Assembly: GCA_045114745.1 (NCBI GenBank)
Contig: JBGULD010000042.1
Coordinates: 1 to 50,928 of the forward strand
Direction of reading: 5' to 3'
Length of the DNA stretch: 50,928 bases
Source of the DNA: Bacilli bacterium
GTDB taxonomy: Bacteria; Bacillota_I; Bacilli_A; RFN20; CAG-826
This document shows positions 1 through 8,799 of this stretch, one piece after another; the first letter of the stretch is position 1; each line of letters begins with the position of its first letter. Both the position numbers and the translations under genes were made by a program. The notes beneath the pieces were generated by a model. That model was given only the letters and a program-made list of their open reading frames with translations, did no database searches and was not told where the DNA came from.

Positions 1-74
1 ATGCTTGTTATCCAGGTAACCCAAGAGAAGCTACTCACGAACAAGTTGTCGCACTCTTCAAGAAATTGATGTAA
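1..74 (+). CDS. C-terminal fragment of an iron-containing alcohol dehydrogenase (FucO/lactaldehyde reductase-like), truncated by the window edge
   Basis: Frame from nt 3 reads ACYPGNPREATHEQVVALFKKLM*; the C..GNPR motif is typical of Fe-ADH C-termini. A terminator follows. Confidence 0.7.
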   Translation, partial: ACYPGNPREATHEQVVALFKKLM

Positions 75-98
75 TCAATTACTTTTAATAAGTAAATG

Positions 99-129
99 AC
101 CCTGTGGTATTTCTACAGGGTTTTATTTT
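99..129 (+). terminator. Rho-independent terminator
   Basis: accctgtgg-tattt-ctacagggt hairpin followed by a T-rich run. Confidence 0.75.
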
Positions 130-328
130 GCAATAAAGATAATGTAAAAATATGTGCTGTGGCACTATTGTCGCACAGCGTGTTCTATTATATTAGTGGC
201 GTTAATGAAGGAACGATCGTGAGACGTGGACTGACCGGGACTAGCCAGAACGAGTTATATACAAGTATATAAACCGCTTCGACGTCGATGGATTCAATTA
301 GATCCAGGACGAAGGACGGGTGAGCATG

Positions 329-352
329 AAAAAACCGCCCACAAGGGACGGT
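329..352 (-). terminator. Rho-independent terminator (minus strand)
   Basis: Minus strand accgtcc-cttgt-gggcggt followed by a T run. Confidence 0.75.
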
Positions 353-378
353 CTAATCTGTAAGCCTGTTGCGTGTGC

Positions 379-561
379 GTCGGGGAGAATCAACTTCGTC
401 TCAATGAGGAGAATTGCTCTCGTCCTGACACAACAAACGCTGTAATCGTCTAAATCCGTTTTTCCTGATTCGCTTAAATTCCGCTTTCCCCGAAAAGAGC
501 CTCCGCCAGTTGTCCAATTTTGCCACGACTACTTCGACGACGACGCGACTAGCTGCCCGAC
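379..561 (-). ncRNA. Candidate structured RNA (~180-nt irregular rod; family not identified)
   Basis: About 50% GC by hand count over 361-560. Nested minus-strand stems gtcggg/cccgac, agtc/gatt, tcgtc/gacga and gtagtcgt/acgattac; G-U pairs favour the minus strand. Terminator at 329-352. Confidence 0.4.
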
Positions 562-567
562 AAAGCT

Positions 568-1314
568 TTAAGTATTGGAATTTCTTTCCCAAAAATCGAG
601 TGCGGATTCTAGCCAATGCTCAGCACTAGTGCCTTCAGCAAGTCCAACACCATGGGCAACATCTTTATATAGTTTAAATTCACATGGAACATTAATGCTC
701 TTAAGCGCTTCGAATAAAGCTTGGCCATTATGAACTGGATCAACCAATGTATCTAAATCACCAGCCCATATAAATGTTGGAGGATATTCTTTTGTAACAT
801 TTTTATCTACAGATAATTTGTTAACCATCGCTTCTGTTGGGTTATTTCCGAGCAAATTCTTAACAGTGTTTTTTTCCGAGTATTTTCCCATAGTAATAAC
901 TGGGTAAGAAAGGATTAAACATGATGGTTTATTATATTTTTCTAAACAATATGACGCCGCTAAATGTCCGCCTGCAGAACTACCAATCAAAAGCCAATTT
1001 TCTTTTGCTATATTCCACTTATCAGCATTATTTAATATTTCTTCTACCGCCTTTTTTAAATCAAGTTGAGGATTTGGATATTTAGCTTTCTTTTTGACAT
1101 GATAGTAAACAACAAAAGCATGATATCCTCTTATATTTAATTCTTTAGCGATTGGTTTACCCTCAACAAAAGAACACACCATTGAATATGATCCACCAGG
1201 GCAAATGACAACAAATGGATGTTTTTGACCATCATTAATAAGAAAAGGTTTTAAACTATACCTATTTGGTCGCCAAAAATCATATGCTGCTTGTAACATG
1301 CTTGTAAATTTCAT
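568..1314 (-). CDS. Alpha/beta hydrolase (acetyl esterase/lipase-like)
   Basis: CPGGSY oxyanion motif, GSSAGG nucleophile elbow, D (GDLD) and H (AHGVG) triad candidates. Confidence 0.85.
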   Translation of the reverse strand: MKFTSMLQAAYDFWRPNRYSLKPFLINDGQKHPFVVICPGGSYSMVCSFVEGKPIAKELNIRGYHAFVVYYHVKKKAKYPNPQLDLKKAVEEILNNADKWNIAKENWLLIGSSAGGHLAASYCLEKYNKPSCLILSYPVITMGKYSEKNTVKNLLGNNPTEAMVNKLSVDKNVTKEYPPTFIWAGDLDTLVDPVHNGQALFEALKSINVPCEFKLYKDVAHGVGLAEGTSAEHWLESALDFWERNSNT

Positions 1315-1328
1315 GTAGTTATTATAAC

Positions 1329-1355
1329 AAAAAAGCCGCCCTTCATGGACGACTT
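1329..1355 (-). terminator. Terminator of the rpsF-ssb-rpsR operon
   Basis: Minus strand aagtcgtcc-atgaa-gggcggctt followed by a T run. Confidence 0.75.
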
Positions 1356-1476
1356 AATTTACATTGATTTAGCCTCAATTCAGGGCCTTACCATATGCTT
1401 CGACTAACTGCCTTGCGAGGAAAGTCATTTTTAGCCAACTGAGGCAAATCGCGACTGTCCTGCGACATATTATTCA

Positions 1477-1704
1477 TTAATCTTCTACGTATGGGAGAAG
1501 AGCCATGAATCTCGCTCTTTTAATAGCGACTGCTAATTCTCTTTGGTGTTTAGCACATGTACCAGTTGCTCTACGTGGAGAAATTTTTCCGTTTGGAGTA
1601 ATCATGGTTTTCAAAGTATCAATGTCTTTATAGTCAATGAACTTTGATTTATTCTTACAGAATATACACACTTTTTTGTGTGGTCTAACTTTTCTAAATG
1701 CCAT
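1477..1704 (-). CDS. rpsR: 30S ribosomal protein S18 (Zn-binding C+ type)
   Basis: [41 protein letters not shown]. Confidence 0.98.
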   Translation of the reverse strand: MAFRKVRPHKKVCIFCKNKSKFIDYKDIDTLKTMITPNGKISPRRATGTCAKHQRELAVAIKRARFMALLPYVED

Positions 1705-1721
1705 ATTAATTCCCTTTCTAA

Positions 1722-2153
1722 TTAGAATGGAAGATCATCGTCTGGCAAGTCTAATGAATCTAAGTTATTACCGTTTTCTTGAACCACTGGTGTGTCATCA
1801 AATGTGACAGGAGCACCTTCAGCAATGTTATTTCCTTTTGGTTCTAAAAACGCGACACGATCGGCAATGACTTCAATAACTGAACCTTTTGTACCGTCTT
1901 GACGATCAAATTTACGTTGATTCAAACTTCCTTCGACGCCTACCATAGAACCTTTTCTGGTAAATTTAACAACATTTTCAGCTTGGTTTCCAAAGATGGA
2001 ACAATTCATAAATGTTGTAGCTCTTGAACCGTCTGGATTTTTCATTCTGCTATCAACAGCGATAGAAAATGAAGCGACAGGTAAACCAGAATTGGCTTTT
2101 CTGAGTTCGGGATCACGTGTTAAGCGACCCACTAAAATTACACGATTAATCAT
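1722..2153 (-). CDS. ssb: Single-stranded DNA-binding protein
   Basis: [19 protein letters not shown]-terminus, DDDLPF C-terminus; lies between rpsF and rpsR. Confidence 0.98.
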   Translation of the reverse strand: MINRVILVGRLTRDPELRKANSGLPVASFSIAVDSRMKNPDGSRATTFMNCSIFGNQAENVVKFTRKGSMVGVEGSLNQRKFDRQDGTKGSVIEVIADRVAFLEPKGNNIAEGAPVTFDDTPVVQENGNNLDSLDLPDDDLPF

Positions 2154-2168
2154 TAATGATTATCCTCC

Positions 2169-2459
2169 TTATTCTTGATCGGCGACGATTAAGAATCTTA
2201 AGACATTTGCATCGTGACGGACTTTACGATTGAATTCGTAGAGTGCAGCTTGCTCGGCCGAGATTTTTGCGACGACATAATAACCTTTGGTTTCGTCATC
2301 GATTGGATAAGCAAGATCACGTAAGCCAATGGATTCATCAACCTTATCAATGGTTGCACCGTTCTTCTTTAAAAGATCGGCTAATTTTTCCATAGCGGCA
2401 GCGCGACCGGCTTCATCTAAGTCGGCTCTTAAAATGTACATTAATTCGTATTTGCGCAT
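2169..2459 (-). CDS. rpsF: 30S ribosomal protein S6
   Basis: MRKYELMYIL, GLRDLAYPI, GYY, VLRFLI; strong SD GGGAGG. Confidence 0.97.
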   Translation of the reverse strand: MRKYELMYILRADLDEAGRAAAMEKLADLLKKNGATIDKVDESIGLRDLAYPIDDETKGYYVVAKISAEQAALYEFNRKVRHDANVLRFLIVADQE

Positions 2460-2466
2460 TTTCGTA

Positions 2467-2506
2467 CCTCCCTTTGGTCTTCTGGCTACTAATGTAGCAG
2501 AGAGTA
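2467..2506 (-). promoter_or_regulatory. S6:S18 autoregulatory leader (probable)
   Basis: Minus strand ctctc-t-gctac-atta-gtagc-cagaagaccaaa-gggagg: inner hairpin, CC-containing internal loop, lower stem pairing with the SD, as in the known rpsF leader. Confidence 0.7.
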
Positions 2507-2526
2507 GTGCTTAAAAAAGCATACAT

Positions 2527-2555
2527 ATTATACCTATGTATATACGTTTTGACAA
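2527..2555 (-). promoter_or_regulatory. Sigma-A promoter of the rpsF operon
   Basis: TTGTCA-17 bp-TATAAT on the minus strand. Confidence 0.85.
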
Positions 2556-2593
2556 GCGCGCGAAAGACTTTTTTGTTCCAAAATATTACAAAG

Positions 2594-2615
2594 AAAAAAG
2601 GAACCATAGGTTCCT
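2594..2615 (-). terminator. Terminator after lysS
   Basis: aggaacc-tat-ggttcct followed by a T run. Confidence 0.7.
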
Positions 2616-2617
2616 AA

Positions 2618-4105
2618 TTATCTATCCCTCATGGTTGGGAAGAGAATAACTTCTCTAATTTGAGGTTGATTAGTTAATAACATAACTAATCTATCAATGC
2701 CCATACCCACACCACCTGTAGGCGCCATGCCGTACTCGAGAGATTCAACAAAGTCGACATCCATTTCGCTGGCTTCATCATCGCCAAGTTCCTTGGCTTT
2801 AAGTTGGTCGAGGAATCTTTGTCTTTGGTCGATTGGGTCATTTAATTCGCTATATGCATTTGCGAGCTCACGTCCGTTCACGAATAATTCAAATCTTTCA
2901 GTGAAACGAGGATCTTTGCCTTTTTTGGTTAATGGAGATACTTCAATTGGATAAGAATAGACAAATGTTGGTTGAATTAATTCGTCTTGGCATAGTTCCT
3001 CAAAGAATTCATTCATAACATAACCTACAGTATTCTTAAATTTATCGAGGTGAATATCGTATTTATCAGCAAGTGATTTGGCTTCTTCAAAAGATTCGAT
3101 TTTTGCGAAGTCAATTCCAGTCTTTTCTTTGATTAAATCATTCATAGAAATCCATCTGAATGGTGATTTGAAATCAATTTCCTTATCTTGATACTTAATG
3201 ATTGCGGATCCAGTAACATTTTTTGCTACTGTTCTAATCATTTTTTCGGTTAAAGCACCAATGCCTCTTAAATCGGAATAGGCTTGATAAATTTCGATTG
3301 AAGTGAATTCAGGATTATGGCTTGCATCCATACCTTCATTTCTGAATAATCTGCCGATTTCATAGACTCTTTCCATACCACCAACGATTAAACGTTTTAG
3401 GTTCAATTCTGTCGCAATTCTTAGGTAAAAGTCCTTATCTAACGTATTATGATGAGTCACAAATGGTCTTGCGGCAGCACCACCGAGGATAGGATTCAAA
3501 ATTGATGTTTCAACTTCCACAAAATCGTTGTTATCAAGGAAATGTTGGATCTCTCTAACAATCTTTGGACGAGCAAAAGCAACCTTTCTAGCCTCATCAT
3601 TAACAATTAAATCGAGGTATCTTCTTCTACTTCTCTCTTCAACATCGGTTAAACCATGGTATTTTTCTGGTAATGGATGTAAACATTTAGTCAAATGAGT
3701 GTATTTTTCAACGCGAATAGTTAATTCACCAGTTCTAGTCATCATAACACGACCTTTTAAACCGACAATATCACCTAAATCAGCAAGTCGAAAAACATCA
3801 TATGATTTTTTACCTACAACATCGATACCAATATAAGCTTGGATATTTCCAGTTTTGTCTTGCAAATTAACAAATGAAGCCTTGCCCATTCTTCTGATGG
3901 CCATAATTCTTCCAGCCACAGAAACGATAAGATTCATTCTATCGAGCGCTCTACTTGATTTTTTATTACAAAGTTTGCGAATATCTGAAACATGATGTGT
4001 AACTTTATAAGCCTTGCCAAAAGGATCGACTCCTAGTTCTCTATACTTGTCGAGTTTTTCTCTTCTAGCTTGTTCTTGATCGTTTAATACAACTTTGTTG
4101 TCCAT
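2618..4105 (-). CDS. lysS: Lysine--tRNA ligase (class II)
   Basis: GGAAARPF, YLRIATEL, FRNEG, ERFELF, GGVGMGIDRL; start set to ATG 4105 behind a GAGGT SD. Confidence 0.98.
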   Translation of the reverse strand: MDNKVVLNDQEQARREKLDKYRELGVDPFGKAYKVTHHVSDIRKLCNKKSSRALDRMNLIVSVAGRIMAIRRMGKASFVNLQDKTGNIQAYIGIDVVGKKSYDVFRLADLGDIVGLKGRVMMTRTGELTIRVEKYTHLTKCLHPLPEKYHGLTDVEERSRRRYLDLIVNDEARKVAFARPKIVREIQHFLDNNDFVEVETSILNPILGGAAARPFVTHHNTLDKDFYLRIATELNLKRLIVGGMERVYEIGRLFRNEGMDASHNPEFTSIEIYQAYSDLRGIGALTEKMIRTVAKNVTGSAIIKYQDKEIDFKSPFRWISMNDLIKEKTGIDFAKIESFEEAKSLADKYDIHLDKFKNTVGYVMNEFFEELCQDELIQPTFVYSYPIEVSPLTKKGKDPRFTERFELFVNGRELANAYSELNDPIDQRQRFLDQLKAKELGDDEASEMDVDFVESLEYGMAPTGGVGMGIDRLVMLLTNQPQIREVILFPTMRDR

Positions 4106-4162
4106 AAAAAATACCTCGTTTGCCTTCAATAGTATACTTTAATTGTTTGAATTTTAATATAG

Positions 4163-5149
4163 TCAAAATTCAATGTTATTATCTTTGGCTATATCTTTTA
4201 ATATCTGATTCAAAGAATCAAGGGTTGTTAATTCAGTGCATAATCTTTGTTTATATTTCTTGGCGTTAGGGATTCCAACAATGAATTTTGGAGCGATAGC
4301 ACGATACACTCTCATACCAGTATATTCACCCTTATCTTCTACAATCATTTCCGCTAATTCTTTACACCAATTTAGTTGTTCTAATAAAGATGAACTTTCT
4401 AATCTTGTTCCATCCTTAAAATATTGATTTATTTGCTTAAGCAAATATGGATTACCCACTCCGCCTCTTGCAACCATGACAGCTTCAGCACCAGTTATCT
4501 CCATAGCATTGATTGCATCATCTAATGAGTAGATATTTCCAGAGATCACTAAAGGAACTCTCATTTGTTTTCTTAAATCTTTTAACATCTCATGATGTGG
4601 TTCGCCAGCATACAATTCTTTTCTTGTTCTAGAATGAATTGCAATCATGTCAACACCAGCATCTTCAAGTTCTTTAATAACTTCGAGATAATTGATAGAA
4701 TTTGCATCCCATCCAAGTCTTATCTTGGCACTGACTGGTTTGTCGGTGATGCTTTTAATAGCACGAATGATATCGCCACATAATTTAGGGTTTTTCATAA
4801 GTGCGGAACCTGCCCCAGTATTGGTCACTTTTGGTACAGGACATCCTATGTTAATATCAAAGAAATCTATGCATTTATTAGAATTTAAGGCGATTTCTGC
4901 GGCTTTTTTAATATTTTCTGGCTCATGACCAAATAATTGAACACCAGTCAAATAATTGCCTTTATCGAAGCTTATATAGGTAGCGGTTTCTTCATTACCA
5001 TAAATTAGTCCCATATCAGAAACCATTTCGGTAATACACATGCCAAAACCAAACCGAGACATGAATTCTCGATAACTCTTAAAAGTAATTCCAGCCATTG
5101 GACCTAAAACTACTCGACTTTCAATTTCGAAATTCTTAAATTTCCACAT
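4163..5149 (-). CDS. dusB: tRNA-dihydrouridine synthase (DusB/NifR3 family)
   Basis: LGPMAGIT, TEMVS, QLFG, DINIGCP, GAGSALM, KIRLGW, HSRT, MVARG; start set to ATG 5149 because the longer track ORF overlaps ftsH. Confidence 0.92.
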   Translation of the reverse strand: MWKFKNFEIESRVVLGPMAGITFKSYREFMSRFGFGMCITEMVSDMGLIYGNEETATYISFDKGNYLTGVQLFGHEPENIKKAAEIALNSNKCIDFFDINIGCPVPKVTNTGAGSALMKNPKLCGDIIRAIKSITDKPVSAKIRLGWDANSINYLEVIKELEDAGVDMIAIHSRTRKELYAGEPHHEMLKDLRKQMRVPLVISGNIYSLDDAINAMEITGAEAVMVARGGVGNPYLLKQINQYFKDGTRLESSSLLEQLNWCKELAEMIVEDKGEYTGMRVYRAIAPKFIVGIPNAKKYKQRLCTELTTLDSLNQILKDIAKDNNIEF

Positions 5150-5151
5150 AG

Positions 5152-5176
5152 AAAAAAGAGAGGATTTAAACCTCTC
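5152..5176 (-). terminator. Terminator after ftsH, abutting the dusB start
   Basis: Minus strand gagagg-tttaaat-cctctc-tttttt. Confidence 0.7.
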
Positions 5177-5177
5177 A

Positions 5178-7292
5178 TTATTCTCCCTTAATCTCTTTTT
5201 CGGGTTCAACACTAGCTTCAGGTTTTGATTCACTAGCATTGTTAGGAACTTCTACAGGTTGTTCCGCTTTCTTTTCATCGCGTTTCAAATGACGATGTTC
5301 TAAGAGATAATCAATCTCTTCAGCAGTAATCTGTTCATGTTCAATTAATGTCTTGGCAATCAAGTCGACATCTTCTTTATTCTCTTTAATAATACGAAGA
5401 GCTTCTTGATGTGCGTGTTCAATAATATTACGAATTTCGGCATCAATCTTAGTCGCAGTTTCAACAGAGAAATTCTTTTGAGAATTAGTATAGTCTCTTC
5501 CTAAGAAGACACTTCCAGTGTCTCTTTCATATTGAATTGGGCCTAGAGGAGACATACCTAATTCACAAACCATCATTCTGGCGATTTGTGTAGCCACTTC
5601 AATATCGTTTGAAGCACCAGTCGAAATATCATCAAAGAACACTTCTTCAGCAGAACGGCCACCTAAGTAACCAATGATACGAGCTTCAAGTTCTTTCTTG
5701 GTTAAGATAAACCTATCATCTTCCGGAGTCATACGAACATGACCACCAGTATTTCCACGAGGAACAATTGTAATCTTTTGGACCTTATCACTATGAGGAC
5801 ATTTTAAACCGATGATAGCGTGGCCTGCTTCGTGATGAGCAACCACATCTCTTTCATGAGCATTAAGTCCACGAGATGATTTAGCAGGACCAGCAACACG
5901 ACGATCAATGGCTTCATCGATTTCATCGATGCCGATAACTTCTTTTCCTCTACGGACTGCCAATATGGCGGCTTCGTTCATGATATTTTCAATATCAGCA
6001 CCAGAGAAACCAACGGTTCTCTTCGCTAATTGAGCATAATCAACTTCTGGGTCGACTTTCTTGTTACGAGCATGGACTTTGAAAATTGCTTCACGACCAA
6101 TTTTATCTGGCAAGGAAACAGTAATCTTTCTATCGAAACGTCCCGCTCTTAATAAAGCTGGATCAAGAACATCATCACGGTTTGTCGCGGCAATAACAAT
6201 GATTCCTGAATTATCAGAGAAACCATCCATTTCAACGAGTAATTGGTTAAGTGTTTGTTCACGTTCATCGTTTCCACCACCTAAGCCAGCACCTCTTTGA
6301 CGACCGACTGCATCGATTTCATCGATGAACACCAAACATGGGGCGTTTTCTTTTGCCACTCTGAACATATCTCTAACACGGCCAGCACCAACACCGACGA
6401 ACATTTCGACAAAGTCAGAACCGGAAATGTAATAGAATGGGACACCTGCTTCACCAGCAACGGCTTTTGCTAATAATGTTTTACCACATCCTGGAGGGCC
6501 TACTAATAAGACACCTTTGGGTAATTTGGCACCAAACTTAGCATATTTACGTGGTTCTTTTAAATAAGAAACGAGTTCTGCCATTTCGGTTTTTTCTTCA
6601 TCAGCACCAGCAACATCATCAAATTTGACTTTAGAATTTGTCATTCTTCTGGCACGGGATCTATTAAATTCGAGAGCTTTGTTATTTGAACCATTAATTG
6701 AAGATGATAATCTTCCAAATAATAGGATGAATATTAATAAACTACCAGCCAACATAATAATTGTTGGGCCCCATTGATCCCACCAAGTGGTAACATATGG
6801 GTCTTTCGCACTATGTAAAACGAAGGATGGTTTTTCGGCAGTTGAAGCTTTTGCGGCTTTTTCTAATAAAAATTTAGAAAGAACAAAAGACTTAGTGCTA
6901 TCTAAGTTATTAACATCTGCAACAGCAGTGTCATCAATTACATAATGTAATGTTTTATCAGAATCAGATACATAGACGTATGTACTTGGTTCTTCATAGT
7001 ATTCCGCGTATCCAATAACAACTTTAAATTTTTTGGTTGTTGGTTTAGATGCATTCGCGGGAATGTAATAGCCTTCAATAGAAACTAAGGTATTTTCTTT
7101 TGGTGTTTCAACAATTTCGGTAACACGATTGTTACCAATCGCATCGATGAATTGCGTCTTTGTTAATGTTGTAGTCTTGTTACCGCCAAAAAGTAAAATG
7201 ATGACTGTAACGATAATTCCAACAATCAAAACAAAGGAAAATAGATAGCTCCAAGAAAAGCGTCTTTGTGGGGTTTGCTGTTCTTCTGCCAT
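5178..7292 (-). CDS. ftsH: ATP-dependent zinc metalloprotease FtsH
   Basis: Two N-terminal TM segments, Walker [33 protein letters not shown]. Confidence 0.98.
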   Translation of the reverse strand: MAEEQQTPQRRFSWSYLFSFVLIVGIIVTVIILLFGGNKTTTLTKTQFIDAIGNNRVTEIVETPKENTLVSIEGYYIPANASKPTTKKFKVVIGYAEYYEEPSTYVYVSDSDKTLHYVIDDTAVADVNNLDSTKSFVLSKFLLEKAAKASTAEKPSFVLHSAKDPYVTTWWDQWGPTIIMLAGSLLIFILLFGRLSSSINGSNNKALEFNRSRARRMTNSKVKFDDVAGADEEKTEMAELVSYLKEPRKYAKFGAKLPKGVLLVGPPGCGKTLLAKAVAGEAGVPFYYISGSDFVEMFVGVGAGRVRDMFRVAKENAPCLVFIDEIDAVGRQRGAGLGGGNDEREQTLNQLLVEMDGFSDNSGIIVIAATNRDDVLDPALLRAGRFDRKITVSLPDKIGREAIFKVHARNKKVDPEVDYAQLAKRTVGFSGADIENIMNEAAILAVRRGKEVIGIDEIDEAIDRRVAGPAKSSRGLNAHERDVVAHHEAGHAIIGLKCPHSDKVQKITIVPRGNTGGHVRMTPEDDRFILTKKELEARIIGYLGGRSAEEVFFDDISTGASNDIEVATQIARMMVCELGMSPLGPIQYERDTGSVFLGRDYTNSQKNFSVETATKIDAEIRNIIEHAHQEALRIIKENKEDVDLIAKTLIEHEQITAEEIDYLLEHRHLKRDEKKAEQPVEVPNNASESKPEASVEPEKEIKGE

Positions 7293-7340
7293 AAAACTAC
7301 CTCCTTAAAACGATTGAAAATATTATAAAGAGAAATTACT

Positions 7341-8561
7341 TTAATGAAAAGTAAAACACTCTTTAACGTAGAAATTTGACTCTTTTTCGACTTTGAAATT
7401 ACTTCTATATCTAGGGATGTAAATGATACGTCCCTCTTTATTAACGATGACAGGCCATCTCAGTCTAATGGATAAGGGCATCTTCCAATCAATAAACAAT
7501 CTTCTAACTTGAACTTGATAATCCTTAATAATATAAGTGTCACCTTTTTTAAATGTGCGAATGGTAAGTGGATAGTCATCTATAGATACATTTCTATTTG
7601 AAGTATCGCCTGTAAAGTCAGCATAGAAGAAGTCGTTATCTATAAGTAAAGGTTTATTCATAACAAATTCATATCCTTGAGAAGGGACATTTTCTCTAAA
7701 GATTAACTTTCCATAAGACTTCTCAAAAGCATATTTATTGTAGTGAATAGGGACAACAATATTCGTTGTTTTAGATTCAAGTACTTTTCTTATTTCTTTA
7801 GAATTGTTGTAGGTTACATTAAACTTATAATCTTCTTCGTTAACCATACTATTAAGATAATATGCTAGTTCAACATCATTTAAGGCTAATAAATCATCTA
7901 CTTTTGGAGGTACTTTTTCTAATTTATCAAACATTTTCTCTAATTGTTTGTTTTCATTAGCAATTGTTGCCACGATTTCCGCTCGTTCTTTATCACTCAT
8001 TTTAGATACAACATTAATGCGGATCTTATTTCTAAGGAAGGTGGTTTCCATATTAGAAGCATCGATTGCGTATGGAACATGGTTCTGAATACAGTAACCT
8101 AATAGTTCATTCTTCTTTTGAGTTAAAAGAGGCCGCAACACTAACATGTCCTTAAACACTGATTGACTGCGTAATCCATAGTGTTTTACAAGGTTTTTGC
8201 GTTGTTTTTGCAATAAATATGTCTCAATATGATCATCTTCGTTATGAGCCACAAGCAAGGCATCATATCCATTTTCCTTATACAAAGAATTAAAGAAATC
8301 ATAACGGATTTCACGACATCTAGCTTCAATATTAGAGGTAATAATTTCTTCTACATATTTGACATGAATCTTAATATTTAACTTTTCACAATACTCTCTT
8401 AATCTCTTTTCTTCAAAATTAGATTCTTCTCTGAGGTGATAATTGACATGAGCCACTTCAAAAGGAATGCTTTCTTGAATAAGCATGTCAAAAAGGGCCA
8501 TTGAATCAGGGCCATAAGAACACGCTAATAAATATTTTCCTTTTTTAGATAAATCAAGCAT
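7341..8561 (-). CDS. tilS: tRNA(Ile)-lysidine synthase
   Basis: PP-loop SYGPDS, HVNYHLR, AHNEDD, LRPLL, RNKIR; upstream of ftsH. Confidence 0.95.
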   Translation of the reverse strand: MLDLSKKGKYLLACSYGPDSMALFDMLIQESIPFEVAHVNYHLREESNFEEKRLREYCEKLNIKIHVKYVEEIITSNIEARCREIRYDFFNSLYKENGYDALLVAHNEDDHIETYLLQKQRKNLVKHYGLRSQSVFKDMLVLRPLLTQKKNELLGYCIQNHVPYAIDASNMETTFLRNKIRINVVSKMSDKERAEIVATIANENKQLEKMFDKLEKVPPKVDDLLALNDVELAYYLNSMVNEEDYKFNVTYNNSKEIRKVLESKTTNIVVPIHYNKYAFEKSYGKLIFRENVPSQGYEFVMNKPLLIDNDFFYADFTGDTSNRNVSIDDYPLTIRTFKKGDTYIIKDYQVQVRRLFIDWKMPLSIRLRWPVIVNKEGRIIYIPRYRSNFKVEKESNFYVKECFTFH

Positions 8562-8799
8562 TGTTTTTCTCTATTTCTTCAAAGATTGGGACTTCTCTTT
8601 TGCCTTGCTTTTCATAGGTTATCTTAACAACTAGTAATTTTTGACCTAGTTTTAACTCTAAAATATCTCCGTCATTAACTTCGGTGGATGGTTTTCCGAC
8701 TTTTCCATTAACAGATATTCTACCGGCATCACAAAGTTCTTTTGCAATTGTTCTTCTTTTAATCAAACGGCTTTGTTTTAAAACTAAATCTAATCTCAT
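8554..8799 (-). CDS. S4-domain RNA-binding protein (YabO/RqcP-like)
   Basis: MRLD..LK.SRLIKRRT.AK..CD.GRI.VNG..KP pattern; conserved position after mfd. Confidence 0.88.
   Translation of the reverse strand: MRLDLVLKQSRLIKRRTIAKELCDAGRISVNGKVGKPSTEVNDGDILELKLGQKLLVVKITYEKQGKREVPIFEEIEKNNA

Noticed and set aside
301-325. ccaggacgaaggac as an SRP RNA loop
   Set aside because: Lacks the CAGG..CCGGAAGG..AGCAG helix-8 arrangement.
353-380. Minus-strand caacaggcttacaga resembles the 3' end of type B RNase P RNA; gaggaaagtc occurs at 1417-1426
   Set aside because: The two halves are on opposite strands about 1 kb apart, and there is no GAGGAAAGTCC upstream on the same strand.
401-616. 71-aa track ORF
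   Set aside because: Overlaps the esterase 3' end, has no SD or motif, and the region is better explained as structured RNA.
4163-4165. Mollicute-type genetic code 4
   Set aside because: TGA ends dusB at the expected length, and all long ORFs are intact under code 11.
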